From assembly GCA_036504155.1 (NCBI GenBank), contig DASXVQ010000068.1:57463-121462 (forward strand): a stretch of DNA of 64,000 bases, given 5' to 3'. Below the pieces are notes generated by a model. It searched no databases. It was not told the DNA's origin and saw nothing but the letters and a program-made list of their open reading frames with translations. Of the stretch, positions 15,558 to 24,338 are shown piece by piece; position 1 is the first letter of the stretch, and each line of letters opens with the position of its first letter. This DNA is from Myxococcales bacterium. GTDB lineage: Bacteria; Myxococcota; Myxococcia; Myxococcales; UBA5297. The translations under genes were made by a program, and so were the position numbers.

Positions 15558-17493
15558 GGCGCCAGCGCACCGCCAGCGCCGCGGCCGCCAGCGGCCCCAG
15601 CGCAGCGAGGGGCGCGCCGGGGACCGTGGAGCCGCCCCCGCAGCCGCCGCCCTTGCCGCTGGCCGGAGACGACGGAGACGACGGAGCCGAGGAGCCATCC
15701 TGCGCCGGCGCCGGCGGTTGCGTCGTGGACGCCTTGGCCAGAGGCGCGGGGGCCCCCGGCGCGGCGGCCTGGCTGCTGCTGCCCTTGCGCAGCTCCTCGA
15801 TTCGCGCGGCCAGCTGCTTGCGTGCCGACTCGAGGACCGAAGGATCGCTCTGGTCGGCGGAGTAGAGGTTGGGCAGCACCTGCGAGGCGACCTTCTGGGC
15901 GAAGCCGGGGTCGCCCAGCTGCGAGACCAGGGTCAGGTACTCGAAGTCCTCGATGCCCTCGCGGATGAGCTTGAGGCGGATGGAGGGCAGCGGCACGTCC
16001 GAGGTCCCGCCGATGAGCGAAGGGGTGCCGGGGTAGAAGAGGGTGCCGTCGCCGTTGCCGTCGAACATGCGCTGGTCGCTCCAGGCGTCCTGCGGGTAGG
16101 CGCCGGCGGTCTCGTAGTAGAGCTCGCCCGTGACCCGCTCCTTGAAGTCCGCCCACTGCATCAGGCGGTTGCGCACGCCGGGGACGTCCACCATGTAGCT
16201 GGGCCAGCTCTGGCCCGCCTCGCCGCCGCCGAACGAGCAGCCGTGGCTCATGCAGCTCTGGTAGGTCCACAGCCTCTTCCCGGGGGCGGAGGCGAGGAAG
16301 CCGTCGTACCGGGGCCGCTGGTCGCCCTGGTGGGCGCCCGAGGGTCCGTCCAGGTCGTTGACGATGGGCACCAGCGTGTCCAGCCGGTCGACGAGGCCGT
16401 GGTCGGTCGCGCTCTCGATGTTCGTCGTCACCAGCGTGCGCAGCGAGGGGTCGGCGGCCTTGGCCTGGTCGGCGCGGCCGGGGATGTCCTCCCACTTCGA
16501 GCCGTAGGGCGGCTCGTCCGCGGTGTAGTCGAAGAGCCGCTCGAACCAGCCGCGCTCGCGGAAGTGGGCCGCGAAGTCGCCGAAGGTCGGCTGGTCGCGC
16601 TGCCAGGTGTACTGCGCCGAGGTCATCCTGGCGCCCTGGAGCCGCGTCGCCGCGGTGCCGTCCAGCAGCGGGCCGAAGGCGGAGTCGAAGGCCGACCAGT
16701 CGTTCTTCTTGCCGCGCACCACGAAGAGGTTGGGCAGCGTGATGCGGTGGTCGAGCGCCAGCCGCTCGTACTTGCCCAGGAGGTCGGCCGCCTTCGCCTC
16801 GGAGCCGCACTCGGACGAGTGCGTGTGCGCCTGGCAGATGTTGCCCGAGAACGCGAGGAAGGCGGTCGAGAGGCTCGGGGTCGAGGGCAGCTGGAAGTCG
16901 TGGACGGTCAACGAGAGGTCGATCACCGAGGACACGCCGGTGCCCTCGATGCGCACCGTGCCGCGGTAGGCGCCGGGGGCCGTCGCCGCCGGGACGAGCA
17001 CGTCCACCCAGACGGCGCGGGACTCTCCGGCGGGCACGTTGAAGGGGAAGGCGCTGCGCGGCTGGCCGTCCACCTCGTCCACCTCGGGGATTAGCCCGTC
17101 GGGCCAGGTGCCCGCCTTGCCGATGGTGCCCGAGGGCTGGGTGACGTTCAGGTAGGCCTCCCGGTAGAGGTGGATGGCGCTGGCCGGGATGACGGCGCCG
17201 CCGGGGCCCGCCAGCTCGCTCGCGGTCGCGCGCACGCCGGAGAGCGATCCCGCGTCGGCATGGACGACGACCTGGAAGGCCTCGAACTCGTTCATCGCCG
17301 CGGCGAGCTCGATCCGCGAGGCGGTCTTGGGCGCCGCGCTGGGCTGGACCTTGACCGAGGCGGACTCGGCGTAGACCTGCGCCGCCAGCGCGGCCGAGGA
17401 GGGCAGCAGCACCAGGGCCGCGGCCACCGCCGTGCCGGCACGTGCGAGCAGGCCCTTGGCCCCGCTGGGCCCGAGGAGGGAAGGGAGGTTCAT
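15541..17493 (-). CDS. secreted glycoside-hydrolase-like protein (DUF4091-type) with MYXO-CTERM tail
   Basis: Signal peptide ...AALAAQVYA. Central and C-terminal region resembling DUF4091/GH123-like proteins (tentative). The C-terminus GKGGGCGGGSTVPGAPLAALGPLAAAALAVRWRLRRSA fits MYXO-CTERM. Confidence 0.75.
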   Translation of the reverse strand: MNLPSLLGPSGAKGLLARAGTAVAAALVLLPSSAALAAQVYAESASVKVQPSAAPKTASRIELAAAMNEFEAFQVVVHADAGSLSGVRATASELAGPGGAVIPASAIHLYREAYLNVTQPSGTIGKAGTWPDGLIPEVDEVDGQPRSAFPFNVPAGESRAVWVDVLVPAATAPGAYRGTVRIEGTGVSSVIDLSLTVHDFQLPSTPSLSTAFLAFSGNICQAHTHSSECGSEAKAADLLGKYERLALDHRITLPNLFVVRGKKNDWSAFDSAFGPLLDGTAATRLQGARMTSAQYTWQRDQPTFGDFAAHFRERGWFERLFDYTADEPPYGSKWEDIPGRADQAKAADPSLRTLVTTNIESATDHGLVDRLDTLVPIVNDLDGPSGAHQGDQRPRYDGFLASAPGKRLWTYQSCMSHGCSFGGGEAGQSWPSYMVDVPGVRNRLMQWADFKERVTGELYYETAGAYPQDAWSDQRMFDGNGDGTLFYPGTPSLIGGTSDVPLPSIRLKLIREGIEDFEYLTLVSQLGDPGFAQKVASQVLPNLYSADQSDPSVLESARKQLAARIEELRKGSSSQAAAPGAPAPLAKASTTQPPAPAQDGSSAPSSPSSPASGKGGGCGGGSTVPGAPLAALGPLAAAALAVRWRLRRSA

Positions 17494-17685
17494 GGCCCGC
17501 TCAACAGGGCTCTTCGCGGGCCTCTTCCATCAGGGGGGTGCCGGCGCGGGAGCGCGCCGAGTGTGCCTTGGCGGCCGTTGCGTGGCCCCGGACACTCGCC
17601 TAGCATCCTGCCCGTCGCGACGGCTGCGGGGGTGTTGCTGGTCGCAGCCGGGCCGCGCCAAACCAAGCCGAAGGAGGGTGCTTAC

Positions 17686-18171
17686 GTGAACCGAGTGCTG
17701 CTGATGAGCGCGCTGGTCGCCGCCGTGTTCGTCGTCCCCCTCGCCGCCCGAGCCGAAGGCCCGGCCGCGCCGAGCGCCGAGGAGCTCAAGAAGGTCATCG
17801 ACTACTACAACAACGGCAAGGACTCCGGCCCCATCCTGGCCGAGCTCAAGCCCTGCATCACCGTCGACACCAAGAAGGGCAGCCCCACGCAGTGGGACTG
17901 CACCGAGCCCGTCTCCGGCAAGGTGAAGAAGGGCACGCCGGTCAACGCCTGGATGAACTTCCTGGTCCCCAAAGAGGCCAAGTACGAGGACCTCTCGGTG
18001 CAGTGGATCCTCGACGGCCAGGTCCGCACCACCCAGGACCTCTCGCTCAAGAACTCGGCCGTCGGCGCGCGCACCTACCTGGTCAGCACCATCAGCAAGC
18101 CGGGCAAGTGGGAGATCAAGGTCATGCAGGGCGCCAAGGAGCTCGGCTCGGCCAAGTTCGAGGCCGAATAG
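17686..18171 (+). CDS. small secreted hypothetical protein
   Basis: AAGGAGGG lies 7 nt before GTG 17686. Signal peptide [23 protein letters not shown]. Lys/Glu-rich mature part. Followed by a clear terminator. Confidence 0.7.
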   Translation: MNRVLLMSALVAAVFVVPLAARAEGPAAPSAEELKKVIDYYNNGKDSGPILAELKPCITVDTKKGSPTQWDCTEPVSGKVKKGTPVNAWMNFLVPKEAKYEDLSVQWILDGQVRTTQDLSLKNSAVGARTYLVSTISKPGKWEIKVMQGAKELGSAKFEAE

Positions 18172-18231
18172 CCAGCTTTCCGACGAGGGGAGTTGTCGGC
18201 CTCGTGCCGGCGTCTTCAGCTTCTGTTCCGC

Positions 18232-18272
18232 GGGGGCCGGAGGAGCGATCCTCCGGCCCCCGGCCTATTTTT
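18232..18272 (+). terminator. rho-independent terminator
   Basis: GGGGGCCGGAGGA-gcga-TCCTCCGGCCCCC (13-bp perfect stem) followed by GGCCTATTTTT. Confidence 0.75.
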
Positions 18273-18305
18273 CGGTCTATCCTCCCCGGACTTCCAGGAG
18301 GTCCC

Positions 18306-19160
18306 ATGGCTGCTCGCATCATCGACGGCAAGGCGGTGGCGGCGAAGGTCCGCGCCGAGGTGGCCCAGGGCGTCGCCAAGCTCAAGCAGGAGCGCGGCGT
18401 GGTCCCCGGGCTCGCCGTGGTCCGCGTCGGCGACGACCCGGCCTCGCTCAGCTACGTCACCAGCAAGCGCAAGGGCTGCGAGGAGACCGGCATGGTCTCC
18501 ACCGAGCACCACCTGCCCGCCCTCGCCACGCAGGAAGAGGTGCTGGCGGTCGTCCACAAGCTCAACGCCGACCCCAGCGTCCACGGCGTCCTGGTCCAGC
18601 TGCCGCTGCCCAAGCAGCTCGACTCCGACGCCGTCATCGCCGCGGTCGCGCCGGAGAAGGACGTCGACGGATTCCACCCGGCCAACGTCGGCAACCTCAC
18701 CCTGGGCCGGCCCGGCCCGAAGCCCTGCACCCCGGCCGGCGTCATGCGCCTGCTCGAGGAGATCGGCTTCGACCCCAGGGGCAAGCGCGCGGTGGTGGTC
18801 GGCCGCTCGGTCATCGTCGGCAAGCCCATGGGCCTGCTCCTGCTCGCCGCCGACGCCACGGTCACCTGGTGCCACTCCAAGACGGCGGATCTGCCGGGCG
18901 AGGTGGGCCGGGCGGATCTCGTGGTGGCGGCTATCGGCAAGCCGGGCATGGTGAAGGGCGAGTGGATCAAGCCCGGCGCGGTGGTCATCGACGTGGGCAT
19001 CAACCGCAACGCCGCGGGCAAGCTCGTGGGCGACGTGGAGTTCCCGGCGGCCGCCGAGCGCGCCTCGGCCATCACGCCGGTGCCCGGCGGGGTGGGGCCG
19101 ATGACCGTGGCCATGCTCCTGGCCGGCACCCTCGAAGCCGCACGCAAGGCCACTGCCTGA
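18306..19160 (+). CDS. folD: bifunctional 5,10-methylenetetrahydrofolate dehydrogenase / methenyl-THF cyclohydrolase
   Basis: [19 protein letters not shown]..., [23 protein letters not shown] and [15 protein letters not shown] give full-length colinearity with FolD. AGGAGG RBS. Confidence 0.95.
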   Translation: MAARIIDGKAVAAKVRAEVAQGVAKLKQERGVVPGLAVVRVGDDPASLSYVTSKRKGCEETGMVSTEHHLPALATQEEVLAVVHKLNADPSVHGVLVQLPLPKQLDSDAVIAAVAPEKDVDGFHPANVGNLTLGRPGPKPCTPAGVMRLLEEIGFDPRGKRAVVVGRSVIVGKPMGLLLLAADATVTWCHSKTADLPGEVGRADLVVAAIGKPGMVKGEWIKPGAVVIDVGINRNAAGKLVGDVEFPAAAERASAITPVPGGVGPMTVAMLLAGTLEAARKATA

Positions 19161-19267
19161 CCTCGCGCCGAAAGGCGCCCGCCTCGGGAGGCCTCCGCCG
19201 CGTCCTCTGGCGCTGGCTCTGGCGCCTGCCGCTCTGGCAGAAGGCGCTCCTGGCGGCGGCGACCCCG

Positions 19268-19810
19268 GTGTGCGTGCTCAACCTTTCGGCCGCGACGCTG
19301 GGCACGACCCCCATCTTCCCGCTCTCGCCGTTCTTCCTGCAGGAGAAGGCCATCGCGGTGGGCAAGAACCTCGCCCACCGGCCTCGCTGCTTGCTCTCCG
19401 GCCACTCCGGGCTCGAGGCGCTCATCGTCCAGGCGGAGAAGAAGCACGGGCTGCCCGCGGGCCTGTTCGCGGCGGTGGTGGAGGTGGAGTCCAAGGGCCA
19501 GTGCCACCGGATCTCCGGGGCGGGGGCGATGGGGCCGGCGCAGCTGACCGACGGGACCGCGAAGTTCCTGGGCGTCGCCGACCCCTATGAGCCGACCGAG
19601 GCCATCGACGGCGGAGCGCGCTACCTCGCCTCGCACCTGCAGCGCTTCGGCGACCTGCGGCTGGCGGTGGCGGCCTACAACGCCGGCCCGGGGGCCATCC
19701 ATGGCCGGGTCCCGCAGAACGGCGAGACCGAGTTCTACGTCGAGAAGGTGATGACCGAATATGCGAAGCGGGCGCCGGTGAGTCCACCGGGCCCGCCTCG
19801 GAACCGCTGA
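19268..19810 (+). CDS. lytic transglycosylase (SLT domain); start codon uncertain
   Basis: SLT motifs VVEVESKGQ (catalytic Glu-Ser), GAMGPAQL and AYNAGPG. The first canonical in-frame start after the folD stop is GTG 19268, but it lies inside a hydrophobic anchor-like segment that extends upstream. Confidence 0.65.
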   Translation: MCVLNLSAATLGTTPIFPLSPFFLQEKAIAVGKNLAHRPRCLLSGHSGLEALIVQAEKKHGLPAGLFAAVVEVESKGQCHRISGAGAMGPAQLTDGTAKFLGVADPYEPTEAIDGGARYLASHLQRFGDLRLAVAAYNAGPGAIHGRVPQNGETEFYVEKVMTEYAKRAPVSPPGPPRNR

Positions 19811-19823
19811 GTCGCCGTCGGGG

Positions 19824-21281
19824 CTAGAACTCGAACTTGTAGCCCAGCGCGCCGCTGAAGCCGCCCAGGTTGCCCTTGACCTTCACGGTCGGGTTCACCG
19901 GGTCGTCCGCCTTGTCGATCTTCATGTAGCTGGCGCGGATCTCCAGGACGAGCATCCCGGGCCCCAGGGTGAGCCCGCCGCCGACGAACGCCGCCATGTC
20001 GAGCGGGACGTCGCTGATGCTGGCCTTGGCCCCGTTCTGCCCGGTGGCGGTGCCGCTGACGATGGCGACGCCGATCATGCCGCCGGCGTAGATGTCGATG
20101 GGGCCCACGCCCTGCTGGTAGGCGGCGCGGAACATCAGCGGGACGAGCGTGAAGTTGAAGTCGGCCTGCCGGGCCTGGGTCGTGTCCGAGACGCCGGAGG
20201 CGAAGGCGGGCGCGTAGCCGGCCAGCACGCCCAGGCGGATGATGTGGAAGATCTTGGCCTCGACGTTCAGCTCGAACTGGGGGCTGACCACCTTGCCGTA
20301 GTTGGTGAGCGCGCCGACGAGCAGGCCCGCGGCGACGCCGAAGTTGCCGCCCGTGGGTGCGGCGCTGACGGTGATGGTGCCGGCGCCGGCCAACCGCTCG
20401 CCGCCGCCCGCTTCGGCGTAGAGGCCGATGTCGCCCGTCTTGCCGTCCTTGGCCGGGACGAAGTCGGCGACGTAGGTGCCCGACTCCTCGCGCACGTTCT
20501 CAAAGGAACCGTTCTCGGCCTTCAGGGCCACTCCGTCGGGCGGGATGGCGTTGCCCTGGGCGTCCTCGACCTGGAAGCGGACCTTGACCGGGTCCGATCC
20601 CTCGACCTTGGGGACGTCCGCGAAGGCGATCTTGGCCGGCCTGGGCCTCTTGACCGTCGGCTCGGTGGCGACGATGGCGGGCTTGGTCGGCGCGGTGGGG
20701 GCCGGCAGGACCATGCCGATCTTGGTCTCGGAGAAGACCGGCTTGACCCCGTTCCTCACGTCGGCGCGGATGGTGGCGATGTTCTCCTGGCCCGACGCCG
20801 GGGGCGCGAAGGTGGCGGAGAAGATGCCCGGCGCCGTCTCCACCGGCGCGGTGATCGTGCCGATGTTGCAGATGAGGCTGAGCTCGGCGGGGATGGCCCT
20901 GCCGTTGGGGTCCATGACCTTGAAGGTCAAGGTGACCGACTGGCCGGGCTTGAGCGGCATCGGCGGGACGCCCGACACCTTGATCCTCTCGGCGTTGATC
21001 TTCCTGACCACCTCGACCTTCTCCGGAGGCGGCTTGGCGGGCTTTTCGACCTTCTCCACCCTCTCGATTTTCTCGGGAGGCGGGGGCTTGGCCGGCCTGT
21101 CGGGAGGAGGGGCCTTGGGCTTGGGCCTCGGCTTGGCCGGCTTCGGCTTGGCCGGATCCGCCGTCAGCGGCGCGAGCGGATCTTCTTCGGTGAGCGGCGC
21201 GAGGGGATCGGCCTCGGCCCCGAAAGCGGGCCGGGCAAGAACCAATCCCCCGATCACAAGGGCGGAGAGGAGGGTGCGCAC
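19824..21281 (-). CDS. outer-membrane protein: signal peptide, Pro/Lys-rich linker, two Ig-like (Big-type) regions, C-terminal beta-barrel ending in Phe
   Basis: GTG 21281 gives VRTLLSALVIGGLVLARPAFGAEA. The C-terminal roughly 190 aa have alternating-strand patterns and the terminal ...GALGYKFEF. The upstream part of ORF 19824..21737 is Ala/Ser/Gly filler. Confidence 0.7.
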   Translation of the reverse strand: MRTLLSALVIGGLVLARPAFGAEADPLAPLTEEDPLAPLTADPAKPKPAKPRPKPKAPPPDRPAKPPPPEKIERVEKVEKPAKPPPEKVEVVRKINAERIKVSGVPPMPLKPGQSVTLTFKVMDPNGRAIPAELSLICNIGTITAPVETAPGIFSATFAPPASGQENIATIRADVRNGVKPVFSETKIGMVLPAPTAPTKPAIVATEPTVKRPRPAKIAFADVPKVEGSDPVKVRFQVEDAQGNAIPPDGVALKAENGSFENVREESGTYVADFVPAKDGKTGDIGLYAEAGGGERLAGAGTITVSAAPTGGNFGVAAGLLVGALTNYGKVVSPQFELNVEAKIFHIIRLGVLAGYAPAFASGVSDTTQARQADFNFTLVPLMFRAAYQQGVGPIDIYAGGMIGVAIVSGTATGQNGAKASISDVPLDMAAFVGGGLTLGPGMLVLEIRASYMKIDKADDPVNPTVKVKGNLGGFSGALGYKFEF

Positions 21282-21426
21282 GGGGGGAACTGTACCACGA
21301 ACGGGGGAGCGAAGAGGCGGCGGGCCGCCCGGACATTCGCCAGCAATCGGGGAGGGTTGAACAGCCGTGGCGTTCGGCCCGTCTGCTACACTGGCCGCCC
21401 GGTCCCCCCTCCAGAACGAGGTCTGC

Positions 21427-22185
21427 ATGCTCGCATCGCTCGCCGCCGCCGCACTCCTCACCGTCTCCGTCGTCGCCGAGGAGCCCCAAGCCGCCGCGCC
21501 CGCCCCGACCGAGGCCAAGGCCGCGGACGCCAAGCCTGCCGAGCCTGCTGCCAAGGCCGTCGAACCCGCCAAGCCCGCCGCCGCCAAGCCGGCCGTCGAG
21601 GAGGCGAAGTGGGAAGTGAAGGCCGAGACCAAGGGCGTGACCGTGCACTCGCGCCCCAAGGCCGGCAGCGACATCAAGGAGCTCAAGACCACCGGCGAGA
21701 TCGACTCTCCGCCGCCCGCCGTCTTCCGCGTCCTCACCGACCTCGAGGCCTACAAGGAGACGATGCCCTACACCGAGGAGAGCAAGGTCATCGAGACCGA
21801 GGACGTGAACGGGAAGAAGGCCTGGCACTTCTACTCGCTCATCAACGCCCCGCTGGCCTCCCGCCGCGACTACACCATCAAGATCGAGGACCAGAGCGAC
21901 TGGCAGGACGGCAAGGGCTACCTGAAGACCTACTGGGACATCTCGGCCAAGGGCCCGGAGCCGAAGAAGGGCGTGGTCCGCGTCAAGGTGAACCAGGGCA
22001 GCTGGATGCTCGAGCCCGTCGACGGCGGCAAGAAGACCAAGGCCACCTACCTCCTCTTCACCGACCCGGGCGGCTCGCTGCCCACCTGGATCGCCAACAA
22101 GGCCAACTCCTCGGCCATCCCGGACATCTTCGTGCAGCTGCGCAAGCTGTCGAAGGAGCCCAAGTACGCCGACGGGAAGAAGTAG
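21427..22185 (+). CDS. secreted START/SRPBCC lipid-binding domain protein
   Basis: Signal peptide MLASLAAAALLTVSVVA and an Ala/Pro/Lys linker. The domain includes ...VHSRPKAGSDIKELKTTGEIDSPP..VFRVLTDLEAYKETMPY...RDYTIKIE...LFTDPGGSLPTWIANK, typical of bacterial START domains. Confidence 0.75.
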   Translation: MLASLAAAALLTVSVVAEEPQAAAPAPTEAKAADAKPAEPAAKAVEPAKPAAAKPAVEEAKWEVKAETKGVTVHSRPKAGSDIKELKTTGEIDSPPPAVFRVLTDLEAYKETMPYTEESKVIETEDVNGKKAWHFYSLINAPLASRRDYTIKIEDQSDWQDGKGYLKTYWDISAKGPEPKKGVVRVKVNQGSWMLEPVDGGKKTKATYLLFTDPGGSLPTWIANKANSSAIPDIFVQLRKLSKEPKYADGKK

Positions 22186-22206
22186 GCAGGCAGCTCGGGA
22201 CCTCCC

Positions 22207-23508
22207 ATGCGCGATCGAACGCTCGCCGCCTTCGGCTTCCTGGGCGTCGTCGCGCTGCTCGTCAGCACCGCCGCGCTCGCCGTCATCCTGACGCGGCCCG
22301 CCGCCCAGGCGCCGAGCGCAGCGCGCGATCCGAATCCGGCGGCGCCCAGGTCGACGCTCGACGCCGGGCCGTCGCTGGCGCCGGAGTCGGCGTGGAGGCC
22401 CGCGCCGGCGGTGCTGGCCAAGGCCGTCGACGTCGCCTTCTGGGCCGGCGCGAGCCTGTCCACCGACGGCAAGCTGGCGACCTTCGACTCCGGCGACGGG
22501 AGCACCCGGCCGGTCGAGGTGCCCGCCGCCATCCCGCGCGTCTTCTCCGCCTCCGGCCGGCTCTTCGCGGTCGGCGAGAACGAGGGGGCGCCGTTCGCCA
22601 TCGTGCTCGCACCCGGCGAGGAGCCGCTCGTCGTCCCCATGCCGTGCTCGGTGACGCGGCTGGCCGGCGAGAACGGAATCCTCGCCGGGCTCTGCGCCGA
22701 CGGCAGCGGCCTGGCCCTGAGCGCGGACGCCGGCAAGAGCTTCCGCCCGGTGGCGGTCGACCTGCCGGTCCCCGCCGGCGCCCAGGACGTCGAGGTGGAG
22801 CGGCGCCTCGAGGCGGTGGCGGTGAGCCCGGCCGGGGCCATCCTCCTGGCTTCGGCGCAGCGCTGGCAGTCGGCGACGCCCGGCGGCGTCCTGGCCTGGA
22901 CCTGGGGCCAGGTGACGCTGCGGCCGGCCGGCTCGCGGGCGCTCAGGACCTCCAACGTCCAGGCGCTGGCGCACACCGTCGGCCTGCACCTGTCGGGCGG
23001 GTCGGCGACGCTGGCCGGCCTGCAGGTGGCGCTGGGCGGCGCCGCCGAGGGCGAGGTCCGACCGCGCCTCTACCGCGGCGCCGAGGGCGAGCCGCCGGTG
23101 GCCGTGGGGACCGCGGGACCTCCCTGCGGGACCGTGGCCGCGGCCAAGGGCGTGCAGGGCGTGCTGCTGGGGACCGAGGTCGCGGCCTTCGCCTGCGGCG
23201 ATCGCCTCGTCTCGACGATGGACGGCGGCGCCACGTGGTCGGCCGACGCGCTGCTGGGCAAGGTCGACGTGCTGCGGGGCGGCGACATGCGCCTGTTCGC
23301 GAAGGCCGGCGACAAGGCCTGGGAGCGCCGCTTCGTGGACCGCTCGGAGACGGGCGCGACCGCGGTGCGCGTGCCCGGCGCGGTGCTGGTGCGCAGGGAC
23401 GGCGGGCTGGCGCAGGGGCCGATGTCCGCGGCGTTCGGGATCCTCGAGCCGGTGGACGCGGGCGGCGCCGCCGCGGACGCCGGGGACGCCGACGCCGCTA
23501 CACCGTGA
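22207..23508 (+). CDS. membrane-anchored protein with BNR/Asp-box repeats (sialidase-like beta-propeller?)
   Basis: N-terminal TM segment FGFLGVVALLVSTAALAVIL. Asp-box-like motifs SADAGKSF and STMDGGATW. It starts 21 nt after the START gene. Confidence 0.6.
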   Translation: MRDRTLAAFGFLGVVALLVSTAALAVILTRPAAQAPSAARDPNPAAPRSTLDAGPSLAPESAWRPAPAVLAKAVDVAFWAGASLSTDGKLATFDSGDGSTRPVEVPAAIPRVFSASGRLFAVGENEGAPFAIVLAPGEEPLVVPMPCSVTRLAGENGILAGLCADGSGLALSADAGKSFRPVAVDLPVPAGAQDVEVERRLEAVAVSPAGAILLASAQRWQSATPGGVLAWTWGQVTLRPAGSRALRTSNVQALAHTVGLHLSGGSATLAGLQVALGGAAEGEVRPRLYRGAEGEPPVAVGTAGPPCGTVAAAKGVQGVLLGTEVAAFACGDRLVSTMDGGATWSADALLGKVDVLRGGDMRLFAKAGDKAWERRFVDRSETGATAVRVPGAVLVRRDGGLAQGPMSAAFGILEPVDAGGAAADAGDADAATP

Positions 23509-23734
23509 AGTCGTCGATCTTGCCGGCCGCCTTGAGGATCTCCAGGGCGGCCTGGGCCGCCGCCTCGCGCCCGTTGGCGTGCAGCTTGACCATCAGCGCG
23601 GCGGGGTGGGGCTTGTAGACGTCGAACTTCCGGGGCACGGCGGGGATGGGGGCCACCTCGACCGCCCAGTTGTCGCTGAGGTCCCGGGTGACGCGGACCT
23701 CGTGGTCGACTCCGTGGATCCGTGCGCGCGGCAT
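23498..23734 (-). CDS. small hypothetical protein (78 aa)
   Basis: ATG start and balanced composition (Lys, Asp, His, Ile present). No motif recognised. Its 3' end overlaps the convergent gene by 11 nt. Confidence 0.4.
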   Translation of the reverse strand: MPRARIHGVDHEVRVTRDLSDNWAVEVAPIPAVPRKFDVYKPHPAALMVKLHANGREAAAQAALEILKAAGKIDDFTV

Positions 23735-23845
23735 CGTGTCCTCGCCTGGTAGGGGCAGGCCATCGCGCCTGCGGACCGCTGCATCAAGCCGAGGCGGACG
23801 AGCCCGGTCAAGCGCCCGGACGGACAGGACTGCCGGGGGAGAAGG

Positions 23846-24109
23846 TCACTTGGCCATGATCAGCACGAGGATCAGCGTGCCGATGGTGATGGCGACGACC
23901 AGCCAGCCGAACTCGTTGCCGTGGATGTAGGGGTGCGGCTTGGCGGACTTCAAGTCGAGCATTAGCCCGGCCTTCTGCCAACGGTCGGAGCCCTCGCGGC
24001 GCACCTCGTCCTCGGCGGTGACGAACTCGCGCAGGTACAGCGTGCGCAGCTCGGACATCGAGTTGACGGTCAGCTCGCGACCCTCGCTGCGCACGTAGAA
24101 CTTGGCCAT
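23846..24109 (-). CDS. tail-anchored small protein (GYF_2/DUF4339-like N-domain, tentative)
   Basis: GGAGGAG RBS before ATG 24109. MAKFYVRSEGRELTVNSMSELRTLY...RWQKAG resembles GYF_2 domains. C-terminal TM segment FGWLVVAITIGTLILVLIMAK. Confidence 0.55.
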   Translation of the reverse strand: MAKFYVRSEGRELTVNSMSELRTLYLREFVTAEDEVRREGSDRWQKAGLMLDLKSAKPHPYIHGNEFGWLVVAITIGTLILVLIMAK

Positions 24110-24338
24110 CACCGTCTCCTCCGACTCCTCGGCCGCCTCGGGGGAAGAATCGCTCGCGACCGCTCGGCGTGCAACCGCCGCACCCCGAGTAGACAACGGG
24201 TAGCGGCCCCGGGTTCCAGGGGCAAACCGTCGCTTGCATGCCCGGGAGGAGTCCGAGTCGGGCCGAGGCGAGCCGCTCGGGCCCGCCGCCTGCATCCACC
24301 CGCGGAGGGGAGGCGGGGTGGGGGATGGGGCTTGCCCC

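Noticed and set aside
20244-23618. 1124-aa plus-strand ORF spanning four real genes
   Set aside because: It runs antisense through the outer-membrane protein gene and out of frame through the START and BNR genes. The product is extremely Arg/Gly-rich, with no motif.
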